DNA of 64,000 bases from Acidobacteriota bacterium (GCA_963663035.1 OY760074.1:2624001-2688000), one strand, 5' to 3'; positions 19,496 to 30,263 are shown, counted from the stretch's first letter. Notes: generated by a model from the letters alone, not told the origin. Translations and numbers: made by a program.

Positions 19496-20305
19496 TTATT
19501 CCGAGGACCAGGCACTGCGAAAGTCAGGATAGAGGGTCAGCCCCCCATCCACGAACAGGGTTTGGCCAGTGATATAGGCAGCTTCATCGGAAGCCAGAAA
19601 GGCCGTCACGGCCGCCATCTCTTCGGAGGTCCCGGCTCGTCCCATGGGTATATGTTTCTCCACCTCGGCCCGTTTCTCAGGGTCATCAATCCAGGCCCTA
19701 TTAATGGGGGTAATGGTGGCACCGGGCCCCACGGCATTGACGCGAATTTTCTTGCCGGCATATTCCAGGGCCAGGGTGCGGGTCAGGTTCTGTATTCCCC
19801 CCTTGCTGACGGAATAACCGATGTACTTGGGCTTGGGAATAATCTGATGAACGCTGGAGACGTTGATGATGGCTCCCTCTTTATCCTGGGCTAAAAAGTA
19901 TTTGATGGCTTCTCGGGCACAGATGTAGGCTCCTCTCAGATTCACAGCAATCACTCGATCAAAGGACTCGATCTCGATCTCATCGGATGCGCCTGAGGTT
20001 TGAATGCCGGCGTTGTTGACAAGAATATCCAGCCCTCCTAATCCCTCAATGGTCGTCTCTACCATCTGAAGGATGTCCCCCTCCTTTGAGACATCGCCTC
20101 TGACAAGCAGGTCTCGGACACCGCACTCGCGGACTTTCCTGATGCAAATTTGCACCATTTCTTCAGTCTTCTTGGCCTCTTCGATACTGCTCCGATAGTT
20201 GATGGCGACATTGGCCCCTTCCTGAGCAAAACGGATGGCAATGGACTGACCGATGCCGGTACTGCCACCGGTCACTAAGACATTCTTTCCTCTGAGTCCT
20301 TCCAT
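19496..20305 (-). CDS. Glucose 1-dehydrogenase-like SDR
   Basis: TGGSTGIG, NNAG, SSVHQIIP, YSVSKGG, LFVDGGLTLYPDF. Confidence 0.85.
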   Translation of the reverse strand: MEGLRGKNVLVTGGSTGIGQSIAIRFAQEGANVAINYRSSIEEAKKTEEMVQICIRKVRECGVRDLLVRGDVSKEGDILQMVETTIEGLGGLDILVNNAGIQTSGASDEIEIESFDRVIAVNLRGAYICAREAIKYFLAQDKEGAIINVSSVHQIIPKPKYIGYSVSKGGIQNLTRTLALEYAGKKIRVNAVGPGATITPINRAWIDDPEKRAEVEKHIPMGRAGTSEEMAAVTAFLASDEAAYITGQTLFVDGGLTLYPDFRSAWSSE

Positions 20306-20421
20306 GCAATGAACCTCCAAGCCTGATTTTTCGCAGGCAGTAGGGTACTGGACCTGCCCTCAGGTTTGCAAATGCCCGGGGTTTTCAAGTGCTGGTCCCA
20401 GAAGCTATGATCATGCTTCTA

Positions 20422-21756
20422 ATGCCTGAGACACGAGATCAGCTGATTGAGCAGGCCAAGTCGATCCTAGATGGAAACTGGCTGGGCCAATCCACCAAGC
20501 CCTCTCCCCACCTCTATCCCCATCAGTGGAATTGGGATTCGGGATTTATCGCCATCGGATACGCGCGATACGATCAGAGTCGCGCCCAGCAGGAGCTCTC
20601 TTCACTTTTCGCCGCTCAATGGCAAAACGGCATGCTTCCCCAGATCGTTTTCAACCCCGACGCTTTAGGCGGCTACTTTCCCGAGCCGGACTTCTGGCAG
20701 GCTGAGCGCTCCCCCCACTACCCGCAGAGCGTACTGACCTCTGGGATAACCATGCCTCCAGTGCATGCCATGGCTGCCCTTCGGGTCTTGCAGCAGGCAA
20801 CCGATGGCAGTGCGGCTCGAGAGTGGCTGCAAGACCTCTACCCGCGCCTCTTTGCCCTGCACCAGTATTTCTACCGCGATCGAGATCCACTGAGGGAGGG
20901 ACTCGTTTACATCCGTCACCCCTGGGAGTCCGGCTTGGACAATGCCCTCACCTGGGATCCACCTTTACAAGCGATGAAGATCAACAAAGACAAGCTTCCC
21001 CCTTACCAGCGCCTGGACTTGAAAAAGGGCATCCCCAAGTCTCAGCGGCCCTCCGATGAGGACTACGATCGTTACGTCAACCTGGTCGATCTTTTCAGAA
21101 GGTTGGACTACAACGAAAAGGAGATCTACAGCCAGTGTCCCTTTCTCATCCAGGATCCCCTACTCAACAGCATTCTCTGCAAGTCCAACGAGGATCTGAT
21201 CGAAATCGGAGAGACCCTGGGAGAAGACACCGCTCAACTCCAGGAATGGTATGCCCAAACCACTCAGGCTCTGCGGGAAAAGCTCTGGGATGAGCGCCAC
21301 GGAGCCTTTGATGTCTTTGATCTCTATGCCAACGAGCCCATCGGGACACGCACTGCAGCCGGTTTTATGCCCCTGCTCTGTGGCGCTCCCACCTCGGATC
21401 AAGCCCAGGTCATGTACGATTTTCTGGAGTCCAACGCCTTCTGCAAAATGGGGGATCACCGCTGCTTCTCCATCCCCAATTATGATCTGGGAGGGGATTC
21501 CCTGGAGACCTCCAATTACTGGAGAGGACCGGTCTGGATCAACACCAACTGGCTGTTGTGGCAAGGACTGCGCCGCTATGGCTTTCAGGAGAAGGCGGAA
21601 AACGTACGTGCTGACATCCTCAAGCTGGTCCAAAGCTGCGGCTTCCATGAGTACTTCGATCCTTACCAAGGCTTCGGCTACGGAACCGACAATTTTTCCT
21701 GGACCGCGGCACTGTTCCTCGATGTGATGTTAGAAGAGCAGGAGTCAGCTTCATGA
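20422..21756 (+). CDS. GH63/MGH1-like glycoside hydrolase (glucosyl/mannosylglycerate hydrolase-like)
   Basis: YPHQWNWDS, HPWESGLDN, YWRGPVW, FHEYF, FSWTAAL. Confidence 0.85.
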   Translation: MPETRDQLIEQAKSILDGNWLGQSTKPSPHLYPHQWNWDSGFIAIGYARYDQSRAQQELSSLFAAQWQNGMLPQIVFNPDALGGYFPEPDFWQAERSPHYPQSVLTSGITMPPVHAMAALRVLQQATDGSAAREWLQDLYPRLFALHQYFYRDRDPLREGLVYIRHPWESGLDNALTWDPPLQAMKINKDKLPPYQRLDLKKGIPKSQRPSDEDYDRYVNLVDLFRRLDYNEKEIYSQCPFLIQDPLLNSILCKSNEDLIEIGETLGEDTAQLQEWYAQTTQALREKLWDERHGAFDVFDLYANEPIGTRTAAGFMPLLCGAPTSDQAQVMYDFLESNAFCKMGDHRCFSIPNYDLGGDSLETSNYWRGPVWINTNWLLWQGLRRYGFQEKAENVRADILKLVQSCGFHEYFDPYQGFGYGTDNFSWTAALFLDVMLEEQESAS

Positions 21757-21804
21757 TCGGTCACTGAGCTGATCCCCATAATGCTGCTTGAGTAGAGCGA
21801 AAGG

Positions 21805-23163
21805 GTGCTGTTTGTGACCCCACAGCAAGTGATTCGCAATTATCGGGCTATCGCCGGGCTCTACACCCTCTCTGCTTCCCTGATCTGGGGCGTCAACACC
21901 CTCTTTCTCCTGGATGCCGGGCTCGACATCCTGGAGGTTTTCATCGCCAATGCCACCTTCACTGCCAGCATGGCTCTCTTCGAGATTCCCACAGGTGTTG
22001 TCGCCGACACGGTTGGCCGACGAGTCTCTTTTCTGATGAGTGTCGTCATCGTGTGGGCCGGCACCCTGGGCTATGTTGGAGCAGCTGCAGCCGGGGGCGG
22101 TTTATTACTGTTTTGTGCAGTCTCGGTGCTGCTGGGGCTGGGGTACACCTTCTACTCGGGTGCGGTGGAAGCCTGGTTGGTGGATGCACTAAAAGCAACA
22201 GGATTCGACGGCCAGCTGGACCGAGTTTTTGCTCGCGGTTCGATGGTCACGGGAGCGGCCATGCTGGTCGGCACGCTGGGCGGAGGTCTATTGGGCAGCC
22301 GCAATCTGGCTTTCCCCTTCCTGCTTCGCGCCCTGCTGCTGATGATCGTCTTCGGCCTGGCCTGTCGCAGCATGCACGACCTGGGCTTCACTCCTCGAAC
22401 CTTTCGCTTCTCAGCCCTGCCCGCAGAGATGCAAGGCGTGGGTCGAGCCAGCATGATCTACGGTTGGCAGAAGCGGTCGGTCCGATTGTTGATGATCGCG
22501 TCCTTCTTCCAATGGGGCTTTCTCTCCTGGGGCTTTTACGCCTGGCAACCCTACTTCCTCGACCTGCTGGGTCGTGATGCAGTATGGGTGGCAGGAGTGA
22601 TTGCGGCGCTGATCGCCCTATCGACTATTGCCGGCAACGCCCTGGTGGAAAGGCTTGCCCGTTACTGCGGCCGACGCACCACACTCTTACTTTGGGCCGC
22701 CGCCATCCAGACTGGGGCCGCCATAGGAGTCGGCCTTGCTGGAACCTTTTGGCTGGCCGTAGCCCTTTTTCTTGTCGTAGCAGCCTGCATGGGTGTGACG
22801 GTCCCGGTGAAACAGGCTTACCTCCACCAGGTTGTCCCCACTGAGAAGCGAGCCACCGTCATCTCCTTTCACTCGATGTTTGGAGGTGGTGGAAGCGTAG
22901 CCGGTCAAGTGGGCCTGGGCTATCTTGCCCGCGTCCATTCCATACCTCTCGGTTACATCGTTGGAGGACTGCTCACGCTAGGCGTCCTCCCGGTACTGGG
23001 AAGCCTTCGTGCTTCGAGTGAGTCGGCTGACCTCATCATCGGAACCGCCGGAAGGAAGGGCTCTTGTGCCGCTGCAGGACTTCCCAGCGTGACCTCTCTG
23101 AATACGACTCCTGCCCACCCGCCTGAAGCCGGGTCACACGAAGGAAGTAATCTTGACTCCTGA
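21805..23163 (+). CDS. MFS transporter
   Basis: FEIPTGVVADTVGRR motif A; about 12 TM. Confidence 0.88.
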   Translation: MLFVTPQQVIRNYRAIAGLYTLSASLIWGVNTLFLLDAGLDILEVFIANATFTASMALFEIPTGVVADTVGRRVSFLMSVVIVWAGTLGYVGAAAAGGGLLLFCAVSVLLGLGYTFYSGAVEAWLVDALKATGFDGQLDRVFARGSMVTGAAMLVGTLGGGLLGSRNLAFPFLLRALLLMIVFGLACRSMHDLGFTPRTFRFSALPAEMQGVGRASMIYGWQKRSVRLLMIASFFQWGFLSWGFYAWQPYFLDLLGRDAVWVAGVIAALIALSTIAGNALVERLARYCGRRTTLLLWAAAIQTGAAIGVGLAGTFWLAVALFLVVAACMGVTVPVKQAYLHQVVPTEKRATVISFHSMFGGGGSVAGQVGLGYLARVHSIPLGYIVGGLLTLGVLPVLGSLRASSESADLIIGTAGRKGSCAAAGLPSVTSLNTTPAHPPEAGSHEGSNLDS

Positions 23164-23219
23164 TCAGTGCAGTATTAGGCTCATAAGCCTTCATTCAAAC
23201 TGAAAGGAGTACCCGCCAT

Positions 23220-24629
23220 ATGCTCAGCTTGAAGAAGTCCTCGCCTTTGCTTATTTGCTTCCTGATGGCAGCTGGATTGAGTTTGCCGGCCCGGGGACAG
23301 ACAACCCCCACCCTACCGGTCAGCACCGCGTCCCTTGTTGCCGTGGAGGGCGCGACCCTGATTGACGGGACAGGAGCGGCGCCGGTTCCCAATACCACCC
23401 TGCTCATTGAAGATGGCCGCATTCGCCAGATCGGCAGGCGCGGGGAGGTGCCGATTCCCCCCGGCGCACAGATCATTCAAGCTGACGGCAAATACCTTAT
23501 CCCCGGCTTAATCGATGCTCATGTTCATTACAACGCCCCATTTCTGCATCGGCTCTATCTGGCCCACGGAGTCACCACGGTTCGCGATGTGGGCACTTCC
23601 CTGGAGCGAATCCTCACCCTGCGTGAAGAAATTGCCACGGGCAATATCCTGGCCCCCCGCTTGTTTACCACCGGAGGATCCATCAACACTCGCTCGCTCA
23701 GAGCCGCCGGTGTGAGTGCCCGCGAGATGACCGAAAGGCTGGCGGAAGCGGGGGTGAACGGAATCAAGGTCACGGGTTACAACGAAGAGGAACTCAAGGA
23801 CATTCTGGAAGTTGCCCACGCCCATGGATTGCTGGTTTTTGGACATACCCGTCTTGATCCCGGTGCCCTCCGGGCTGTCCAGATCGGACTGGACGGGATC
23901 GAGCATGTCACCGATTTACTGGAGGATTGCGTTGAAGAAAACCCTCCCTTTCCTATGGATTTCGACTGGGACCGCCGCGACCATTTCTTCCGTTACTACT
24001 ACAGCCAGCTTCATCGCGCCGTCAACCGCACCAAGATGGATGAAATCATCCAGTTGATGGTTCAAAACGACGTCTACCTGGATCCCACCCTGGTGAACTA
24101 CAATCGCGGCTTTGTCCAGCGCGGCACAGCGCAACTGGTGGCAGATCCAGCTTTTCGATACATGCCGGAAGAATATGATCGCTCCGATCGTTATGGGGAG
24201 TATGGACCGCTGGACCGAGAGCACTGGACCAAGACCTTCGCGCTGATGCAGGAAGCCACTTACAAGTTTTTCAAGGCGGGCGGGTTCCTGCTCATGGGAA
24301 CCGATTCTCAAGCCGCCGCCCCCGATGGCGCCCTTCCCGGCTGGAGCATGCATCAGGAGCTGGAGTTTTTCGTCGATGCCGGTCTCACTCCCATGGAAGC
24401 ACTGCAGACGGCCACTTTCAATAACGCCAAGGTGATGAAGCAGGAAAAGGACCTGGGCTCGCTGGAAACAGGAAAATATGCTGATCTGGTCATCCTGGAC
24501 GCCAACCCTCTAGAAAACATCAGTAACACCCAGAAGATCCATCTGGTCATCAAAGATGGTCTGGTGCTCGATCCGCAGGCTCTCCTGCGGGAACACATCA
24601 AGCACTTCGGAGAAAGGGAAATGCCTTAG
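23220..24629 (+). CDS. Exported amidohydrolase family protein
   Basis: Signal peptide, PGLIDAHVH, GIEH, MGTD, GKYADLVIL. Confidence 0.9.
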   Translation: MLSLKKSSPLLICFLMAAGLSLPARGQTTPTLPVSTASLVAVEGATLIDGTGAAPVPNTTLLIEDGRIRQIGRRGEVPIPPGAQIIQADGKYLIPGLIDAHVHYNAPFLHRLYLAHGVTTVRDVGTSLERILTLREEIATGNILAPRLFTTGGSINTRSLRAAGVSAREMTERLAEAGVNGIKVTGYNEEELKDILEVAHAHGLLVFGHTRLDPGALRAVQIGLDGIEHVTDLLEDCVEENPPFPMDFDWDRRDHFFRYYYSQLHRAVNRTKMDEIIQLMVQNDVYLDPTLVNYNRGFVQRGTAQLVADPAFRYMPEEYDRSDRYGEYGPLDREHWTKTFALMQEATYKFFKAGGFLLMGTDSQAAAPDGALPGWSMHQELEFFVDAGLTPMEALQTATFNNAKVMKQEKDLGSLETGKYADLVILDANPLENISNTQKIHLVIKDGLVLDPQALLREHIKHFGEREMP

Positions 24630-24898
24630 TACTCCCTTTCATAAATACGGTAGCGTTTGCGGATGGGGCTTGTGAGGCGAGGTCGCGAAGATGAGGAGAA
24701 GGCGATGCAGGGACATCGACGACGACGAGAGACAAAGAGATCGCCCGCAACCCCCATCCGCCCGAAGGGTTGGGGCGGGACGGGCCCATCTCTTTGTTGC
24801 TCCTCCTCGCCGATGTCTAGACATCGACTCGTCGTCGCGCCTCGATCTGGGCCCGTCCCGTTCCAAACAAACGTCATCGTATTTATGAAAGTGAGTAC
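24629..24898. mobile_element. MITE family B (270 bp)
   Basis: 21-bp TIR with one mismatch: GTACTCCCTTTCATAAATACG / CGTATTTATGAAAGTGAGTAC; interior rich in inverted repeats; no credible ORF. Confidence 0.75.
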
Positions 24899-24933
24899 AT
24901 AGCGGGCAGCTGGCTTGCCCCAGGGGTGCACCA

Positions 24934-26364
24934 ATGGCTCTTGACCGCCGAAGATTCTTGCTCTCTCTTGCCGCCGCTGGTGGAATGATAACCAGCCAGA
25001 GGCCGGCGCTTGCTTCCGGGATTCTGCCCCAGGGTCAGGGTGGGGTGCAGCCGGGGGACTGGCCGGTTTCGACCTACGATATACGAGGAACCCGATTCAA
25101 TCCGCACGAGAACATCATTGGCCCAGGAAATGTCGAGCGTCTGAAGGTCAAGTGGATCTTTGAGGGGGCAGGGAGTTTCAACCAGACGACCCCCAGCGTG
25201 GTGGGCGACAGCCTTTACTTTCCGGCCAACGATGGCTATGTCTACGCACTGGATTCCAGGTCAGGAGCTCTGAAGTGGAAGTTCAACGCCTGGGAGGGCA
25301 TCCAGCCCAATGCGCCCGGGACCTGGCAGAGAGAGATTAACGCGGACCCGGTAGGGGAGATGCGGGGTTCGGTCGGTTATGCCAACGGCCGACTCTTCGT
25401 GGGTGACGGCACCGCCAGGATGCACTGCCTGGAGGCAGCCACCGGCCGGGAGATCTGGCGGACCCAGATGGACCCACCGGCGGGAGTCAACCGCAGCAAG
25501 ATCTCCTCCTCTCCCATTATCTACGACGGGAAAGTTTACTTTGGTACCTCCACGGTGGCCGGGCGTTCTCAGATTGCCTGCCTGGACGCAGGAACGGGTG
25601 CCGTCCGCTGGAACTTTCACATCATTGCCGATTCCAAAGTACTCGGTGGAGGTGCCGCCTGGACCGCTTCCGCTCTGGATGTGGAGTTCGGAATCGTCTA
25701 CAACGTGACGGGAAGCGTGCATGGACGTGTGGCCGGGCCCATGCTCTTTAGCGAGAGTATGCTCGCCAACGACATGGAATCAGGCGAACTGTTGTGGTAC
25801 GACCAGTTGCGTTCCAGGGATCCCTTTGATCTGGATTACAGCTGTCACCCCACTCTCTTTGAAGCCAGCCATCCGACCCGCCCGGGAGCCCTGCGAAGCT
25901 GTGTGGGAGCAGGCAGCAAGACCGGCTTTCACACCTTCGATCGCTATTCGGGAGAGCACTTATGGACCGCTTCCGTGACCAACGGCGGTCCCACGCTCAA
26001 CAGCACCGCCTATGGCTACGACAAGATCTATATGGTCTCCAATTCCGCAGCCAATCACCGCCTCATCGCTCAATCGACCACCGTGGCGCTCCATGCCTAT
26101 ACGGGAGAAGTGCTGTGGTGGACACCCAATGAGTCCATTATTCAGGGAGCGGTGAGCGTGGCCAACGGCCTTTTTTACCAGGGCTTCAGAGACGGCACCC
26201 TGCAGGCCCTGGATGTGGAAACGGGAGCGCCGCTGTGGACCTATCAGCTCCCGGGCAGCCGGCGTGGCGGAATCAGCATCTCCAACGGGACCCTCTACAC
26301 CAGCTGCGGAGGGGGAAATCCTCCCTCCTACCCGCTCTATGCCTTCAGTCTGGATGGTCGCTAG
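24934..26364 (+). CDS. Tat-exported PQQ-binding beta-propeller dehydrogenase (PVA-dehydrogenase-like)
   Basis: DRRRFL Tat motif; repeated ALDxxTGxxxW blades. Confidence 0.85.
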   Translation: MALDRRRFLLSLAAAGGMITSQRPALASGILPQGQGGVQPGDWPVSTYDIRGTRFNPHENIIGPGNVERLKVKWIFEGAGSFNQTTPSVVGDSLYFPANDGYVYALDSRSGALKWKFNAWEGIQPNAPGTWQREINADPVGEMRGSVGYANGRLFVGDGTARMHCLEAATGREIWRTQMDPPAGVNRSKISSSPIIYDGKVYFGTSTVAGRSQIACLDAGTGAVRWNFHIIADSKVLGGGAAWTASALDVEFGIVYNVTGSVHGRVAGPMLFSESMLANDMESGELLWYDQLRSRDPFDLDYSCHPTLFEASHPTRPGALRSCVGAGSKTGFHTFDRYSGEHLWTASVTNGGPTLNSTAYGYDKIYMVSNSAANHRLIAQSTTVALHAYTGEVLWWTPNESIIQGAVSVANGLFYQGFRDGTLQALDVETGAPLWTYQLPGSRRGGISISNGTLYTSCGGGNPPSYPLYAFSLDGR

Positions 26365-26572
26365 CCGGAATTATGCATAGGTTTTCGTGACGAAGTGCCG
26401 CTGGCGCCGCGATGACCAGGCATGCGAGGGGTACCCGCCACGGGTCGGGCCCCGCAGGCGTACTCTTGCAGTACGCCGAGGAGCCCAAGGGGTACCCGCT
26501 TGCGGGTCGCACAACGCAGTCAGCGTGGATGATTGCGGCACTGCAGTAGAAACTTTATGCATAATACCGGTT
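26363..26572. mobile_element. MITE family A, copy 3 (no REP doublet)
   Basis: TIR AGCCGGAATTATGCATA / TATGCATAATACCGGTT; shares GAGGGGTACCCG and CGTACTCTTG..GTACG interior. Confidence 0.8.
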
Positions 26573-26575
26573 AGG

Positions 26576-27223
26576 CTAATTCGCGAAAGAGATGACCAGT
26601 TGGTCGTTTTCCACCTGAATGTTCCCAATCTCCGGCGGCAATCTGAACTGATCTCGGTTCTGGGGTGAGTCAAAAAGACGCTGAACTGCTCGGTCCAGTG
26701 CCATCTGTGGAATGGGGAGAGAGCCCAATTGACCTGCTGTCGCTTCAGAACCCAGCTGACCCTCCTGTACCTGGAGACGCCCTTCCAAGATCAAGGAGAG
26801 GTCCTGCCCATAAAAATCGAAAAGAACATAGGCTTGCACTCGGTCACCTGTTAAATCGATCTTGAGATCCCGCACGGCGGATCGGACCCCTGCGATGTCG
26901 GCAGAGGCGCCTACGGCTGTTTCTGTCCCATCCTCTAAAGCTTTGGGTGAGAGAGCCAGGTTTTCATTCACCCAGGAGTTGACCTCCGTTTCTGCCAGAC
27001 GAAGCGTGTGGGATCTACCCGCCCGAAGCGAGTTTTGCAGATCACGCATCTTGCGCTCCAGACGGAGTCCCGCAGCGGGATCCACATCCACCTGAGGAGG
27101 GGATGCCTGGCGCAAAATCAGGATAACTACGACAATCGTCCCGGCCAGCGCTCCCCATCGAAAGACTCGATAGGAGCGTCTGAAAGTACTCCTCCAGGAA
27201 CGACTTGACTGGGCGATTGCCAT
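26576..27223 (-). CDS. Membrane-anchored hypothetical protein
   Basis: Single N-terminal TM followed by an alpha/beta domain. Confidence 0.65.
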   Translation of the reverse strand: MAIAQSSRSWRSTFRRSYRVFRWGALAGTIVVVILILRQASPPQVDVDPAAGLRLERKMRDLQNSLRAGRSHTLRLAETEVNSWVNENLALSPKALEDGTETAVGASADIAGVRSAVRDLKIDLTGDRVQAYVLFDFYGQDLSLILEGRLQVQEGQLGSEATAGQLGSLPIPQMALDRAVQRLFDSPQNRDQFRLPPEIGNIQVENDQLVISFAN

Positions 27224-27241
27224 GGAGCCACTGACCTTTCT

Positions 27242-28055
27242 TTACCGGACTGGTATCAAACGCGTCTGGATCGTTTCCATGACAGAGTCCATGAGCAGGA
27301 CAGATGCCAAACCGGAATTCTCCTCGAAAACTATCCGCGGCTGTCCTGATCTGAGAGCTCACAGCAACGTCGCGAAAGGGGACGTAGGATGTGACCATGC
27401 CAATCAGATAGGCGCTGTCCACTGCCTGTGTCCCGTGAATGGCCACATCCTCCGGTTTGGTCACGACGGGTCCACCGCTATTGCCAGGAAAAACAGGAGC
27501 GTCAATCAAAAGTTCCCTGCTGGAGCCCAAGAGGGCATCTCGAATCCTTGCAATACAGCCTGAGCGCACGATGACGAAAGACCTTTCCTTGCCCACAAGA
27601 CCCATGGGAAAACCCAGCACGAAAATGGTGTCACCTTCGGTAAAACCCAGTTCCGATGCCCTTTTCCGATCCACCAGGTGCTCATCACTCCTGAAATAGT
27701 TAAACTGAATATCGTTCTTCCTCAAGAACCGCGCGTTGATCGAAATGACAGCGACATCGACATCGAGATCTGGATGTGCGTGCCATTTCACTTCTCCCGA
27801 CTCCACAAGCATGAGCTCGTAATCACGAGCGGCTTCATCCGCCTTGGGATTAAAGCGAATGAAAGCTTTCTCATAACCCTCAAACACATGCCTGTTTGTG
27901 ACCAAAAACAGTTCGTAGGTTTTTTCTTCAGCGGATTCATCCGCCACCAATTTCCCATAAAGGAATCCCGAGGCAGTCCATTTCTTCTTCCCAGCGGCCT
28001 CTGGAAAGCCGATAGCAACAACACAATCCAGAAAAAAGGGTGGAATTAAAGCCAT
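27242..28055 (-). pseudogene. Trypsin-like serine protease with 1-nt insertion near C-terminus
   Basis: LVTNRHV (His), DVAV (Asp), FPGNSGGP (Ser). After a shift at about 27349 the other frame reads GQPRIVFEENSGLASV...PVR* and stops just before the next gene. Confidence 0.75.
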
Positions 28056-28131
28056 GACTTCCTGAGATGTAAATCCTGGAAAATCGTCATGAAACGAGGG
28101 AGCACAACGCGGGCAGCGCTGAGCGTGTCGG

Positions 28132-28608
28132 TTAGGTAACCTGGCCAGCCAGCTCAGGCTCAGCTGTACTGCCTGGCGAACCCTTCTCCTGAGCCAGTCT
28201 CGCTGCCAACTCCTCATTTTGAGCTTCCAGACCCTCTTTCAACTCCTTAAGCTCCTTGATCTCTTTCTTCAAACGGTCAGCTATTTTTCCAACCGCGCCT
28301 CCCGTCAGGATCAAAAAACTGGACCAGGCCAGGATATTCATCCACAGGTCGAGTGCCGTGAAATTGGGAAGGAAGGAGTTGGGGAAATGGTAGACGTAAA
28401 TGACAACCAGTAAAGTTGTGAGAACACCGCCCATCAGTGCCCTGTGCGCCTCCAGGAAGTAGACCGCGAGCAGAATGACGATGAAAAAGAAATTCAGGAA
28501 AACTAACTTGTAGGGAAGAAGATAGGTGATTGCGGGAACACTGACCAGAATGGTGAGAGCCAACATCTGCTCAGCATTTTTGAGCAAGTACTCCTTGAGA
28601 GTTTTCAT
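28132..28608 (-). CDS. Small membrane protein with C-terminal coiled coil
   Basis: Four hydrophobic segments, then LKKEIKELKELK. Confidence 0.7.
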   Translation of the reverse strand: MKTLKEYLLKNAEQMLALTILVSVPAITYLLPYKLVFLNFFFIVILLAVYFLEAHRALMGGVLTTLLVVIYVYHFPNSFLPNFTALDLWMNILAWSSFLILTGGAVGKIADRLKKEIKELKELKEGLEAQNEELAARLAQEKGSPGSTAEPELAGQVT

Positions 28609-28682
28609 GAATCCAATCCTCCGCTTTCTAAATAAGGCACCATTCAGGCCAGAACCTGAAGGAGATAGATCAGAGGCTCTCC

Positions 28683-28708
28683 GAAGAAAGGGTTCACCTT
28701 TCTTCTTT
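28683..28708. terminator. Hairpin/terminator after the small zinc-finger gene
   Basis: GAAGAAAGG-GTTCA-CCTTTCTTC stem. Confidence 0.45.
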
Positions 28709-28712
28709 CAGC

Positions 28713-28853
28713 TTAACCTTTTCCTATTCTGAACATCTTGGTGCCACAGACTGGGCAGACACCTTTCGTTGCTGGTCTGCCATTCTTCATGGTTATCGTT
28801 TGGGTATCCTTCATTTCTCTCTTTTCTCGACATTTCACACAATAGGCTTGCAT
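28713..28853 (-). CDS. 46-aa zinc-ribbon protein (DUF5679-like)
   Basis: Below ORF-track cutoff. MQAYCVKCREKREMKDTQTITMKNGRPATKGVCPVCGTKMFRIGKG, two CxxC. Confidence 0.88.
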   Translation of the reverse strand: MQAYCVKCREKREMKDTQTITMKNGRPATKGVCPVCGTKMFRIGKG

Positions 28854-28919
28854 CCTGCTTTCCCCTTTCCTTGTTGTCCGTGTCAAAGAGAAGCTTAACC
28901 CACAACATCACGGAAGTGT

Positions 28920-28935
28920 TGTGATCGCACTCACA
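28920..28935. promoter_or_regulatory. CRP/FNR-family binding box
   Basis: TGTGA-TCGCAC-TCACA, exact TGTGA-N6-TCACA consensus, about 65 bp upstream of the zinc-ribbon gene. Confidence 0.55.
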
Positions 28936-29023
28936 CAATCAGTTTTGTGCCTTGAAGGGCAAAAAGGGTATTCCCAGGGCAGGCGAACCGACCTGACGCC
29001 CACCCCCTCACCTTCGATTCAGA

Positions 29024-29356
<333 letters not shown>

Positions 29357-29819
29357 GTTCTCCTCCTTCAGAGAATGTTCTTGTCATCAACCCTGAAATA
29401 CTGACCACGAAAGGAGCAGAACACGGGAACTGACTCGGTGTCGCGATTCTGGTCGGTTGTTCCTTGGGGGATCTTCGCAAGGTGAGACGCTACTCAAGGC
29501 CTTCTATTTTTTTTAATAGTACTCACCCACAACCTCAGGAGGCCTTCAACTGAAGTCATCATTTTAACTATATCCCGCCTTTTCCCAACATGTCAATGCA
29601 ACCCACTCCCCCAGAATGTCCACCCCCGTTGACGCTTAGAGCCATTTCAAACATTTCGGGGTCTTTTTGGCCCTTTTTAGAAACAGAGTCAATCTTTTTT
29701 AAACTATTATGGCAAAAGGAGATAGACTCATAGATACGCCTCTCTCTCAGACTTTTGGAACGTCTCTTGCTAATACCTCTACGTGAGGACCAGAATGTCG
29801 AATTTCTGAGGATCAAAAC

Positions 29820-30257
29820 ATGACTAGGAACTCTCAATCAGGCTTTACCATTCTCGAAGCCATGGTGGTCGTCGTCTTTGCCAGCGTCATTCTCAGTATC
29901 GCCGTCCCCAAGCTTCAGGTCATCCTGGATTACTACAGTCTGACCTCTTCGGCAAACCTGGTGGCCAGTGAATTAAGTGCAGGTCGCGCCCTGGCCGTCT
30001 CACGAAACTGGATCTACGACGTGAGCCTGGACACCGGGAATAGCACCATTCAGATTATCGATCCCAACGACCCTGACAATTCCCCACGAACGGAGAAAAA
30101 CCTCGAGTCAGGAGACTCCTTTTCAACAGTGCCGGCAACCTCGATACGGTTTTATTCGCGCGGTCATGCCCGAGGTGGGACCATTGTTCTGGTGAACGAA
30201 TCGGGTTACACCATCTCGATCATCGTCAGCCCTTCGGGGAAGATCGAGAAGAGCTGA
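29820..30257 (+). CDS. Type IV minor pilin FimT/GspH-like
   Basis: G|FTILE prepilin cleavage motif. Confidence 0.85.
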   Translation: MTRNSQSGFTILEAMVVVVFASVILSIAVPKLQVILDYYSLTSSANLVASELSAGRALAVSRNWIYDVSLDTGNSTIQIIDPNDPDNSPRTEKNLESGDSFSTVPATSIRFYSRGHARGGTIVLVNESGYTISIIVSPSGKIEKS

Positions 30258-30263
30258 TCTGTT

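Noticed and set aside
27042-28217. 391-aa protease as given in the ORF track
   Set aside because: Both ends overlap neighbouring genes; better explained by a start at 28055 and a frameshift near 27349.
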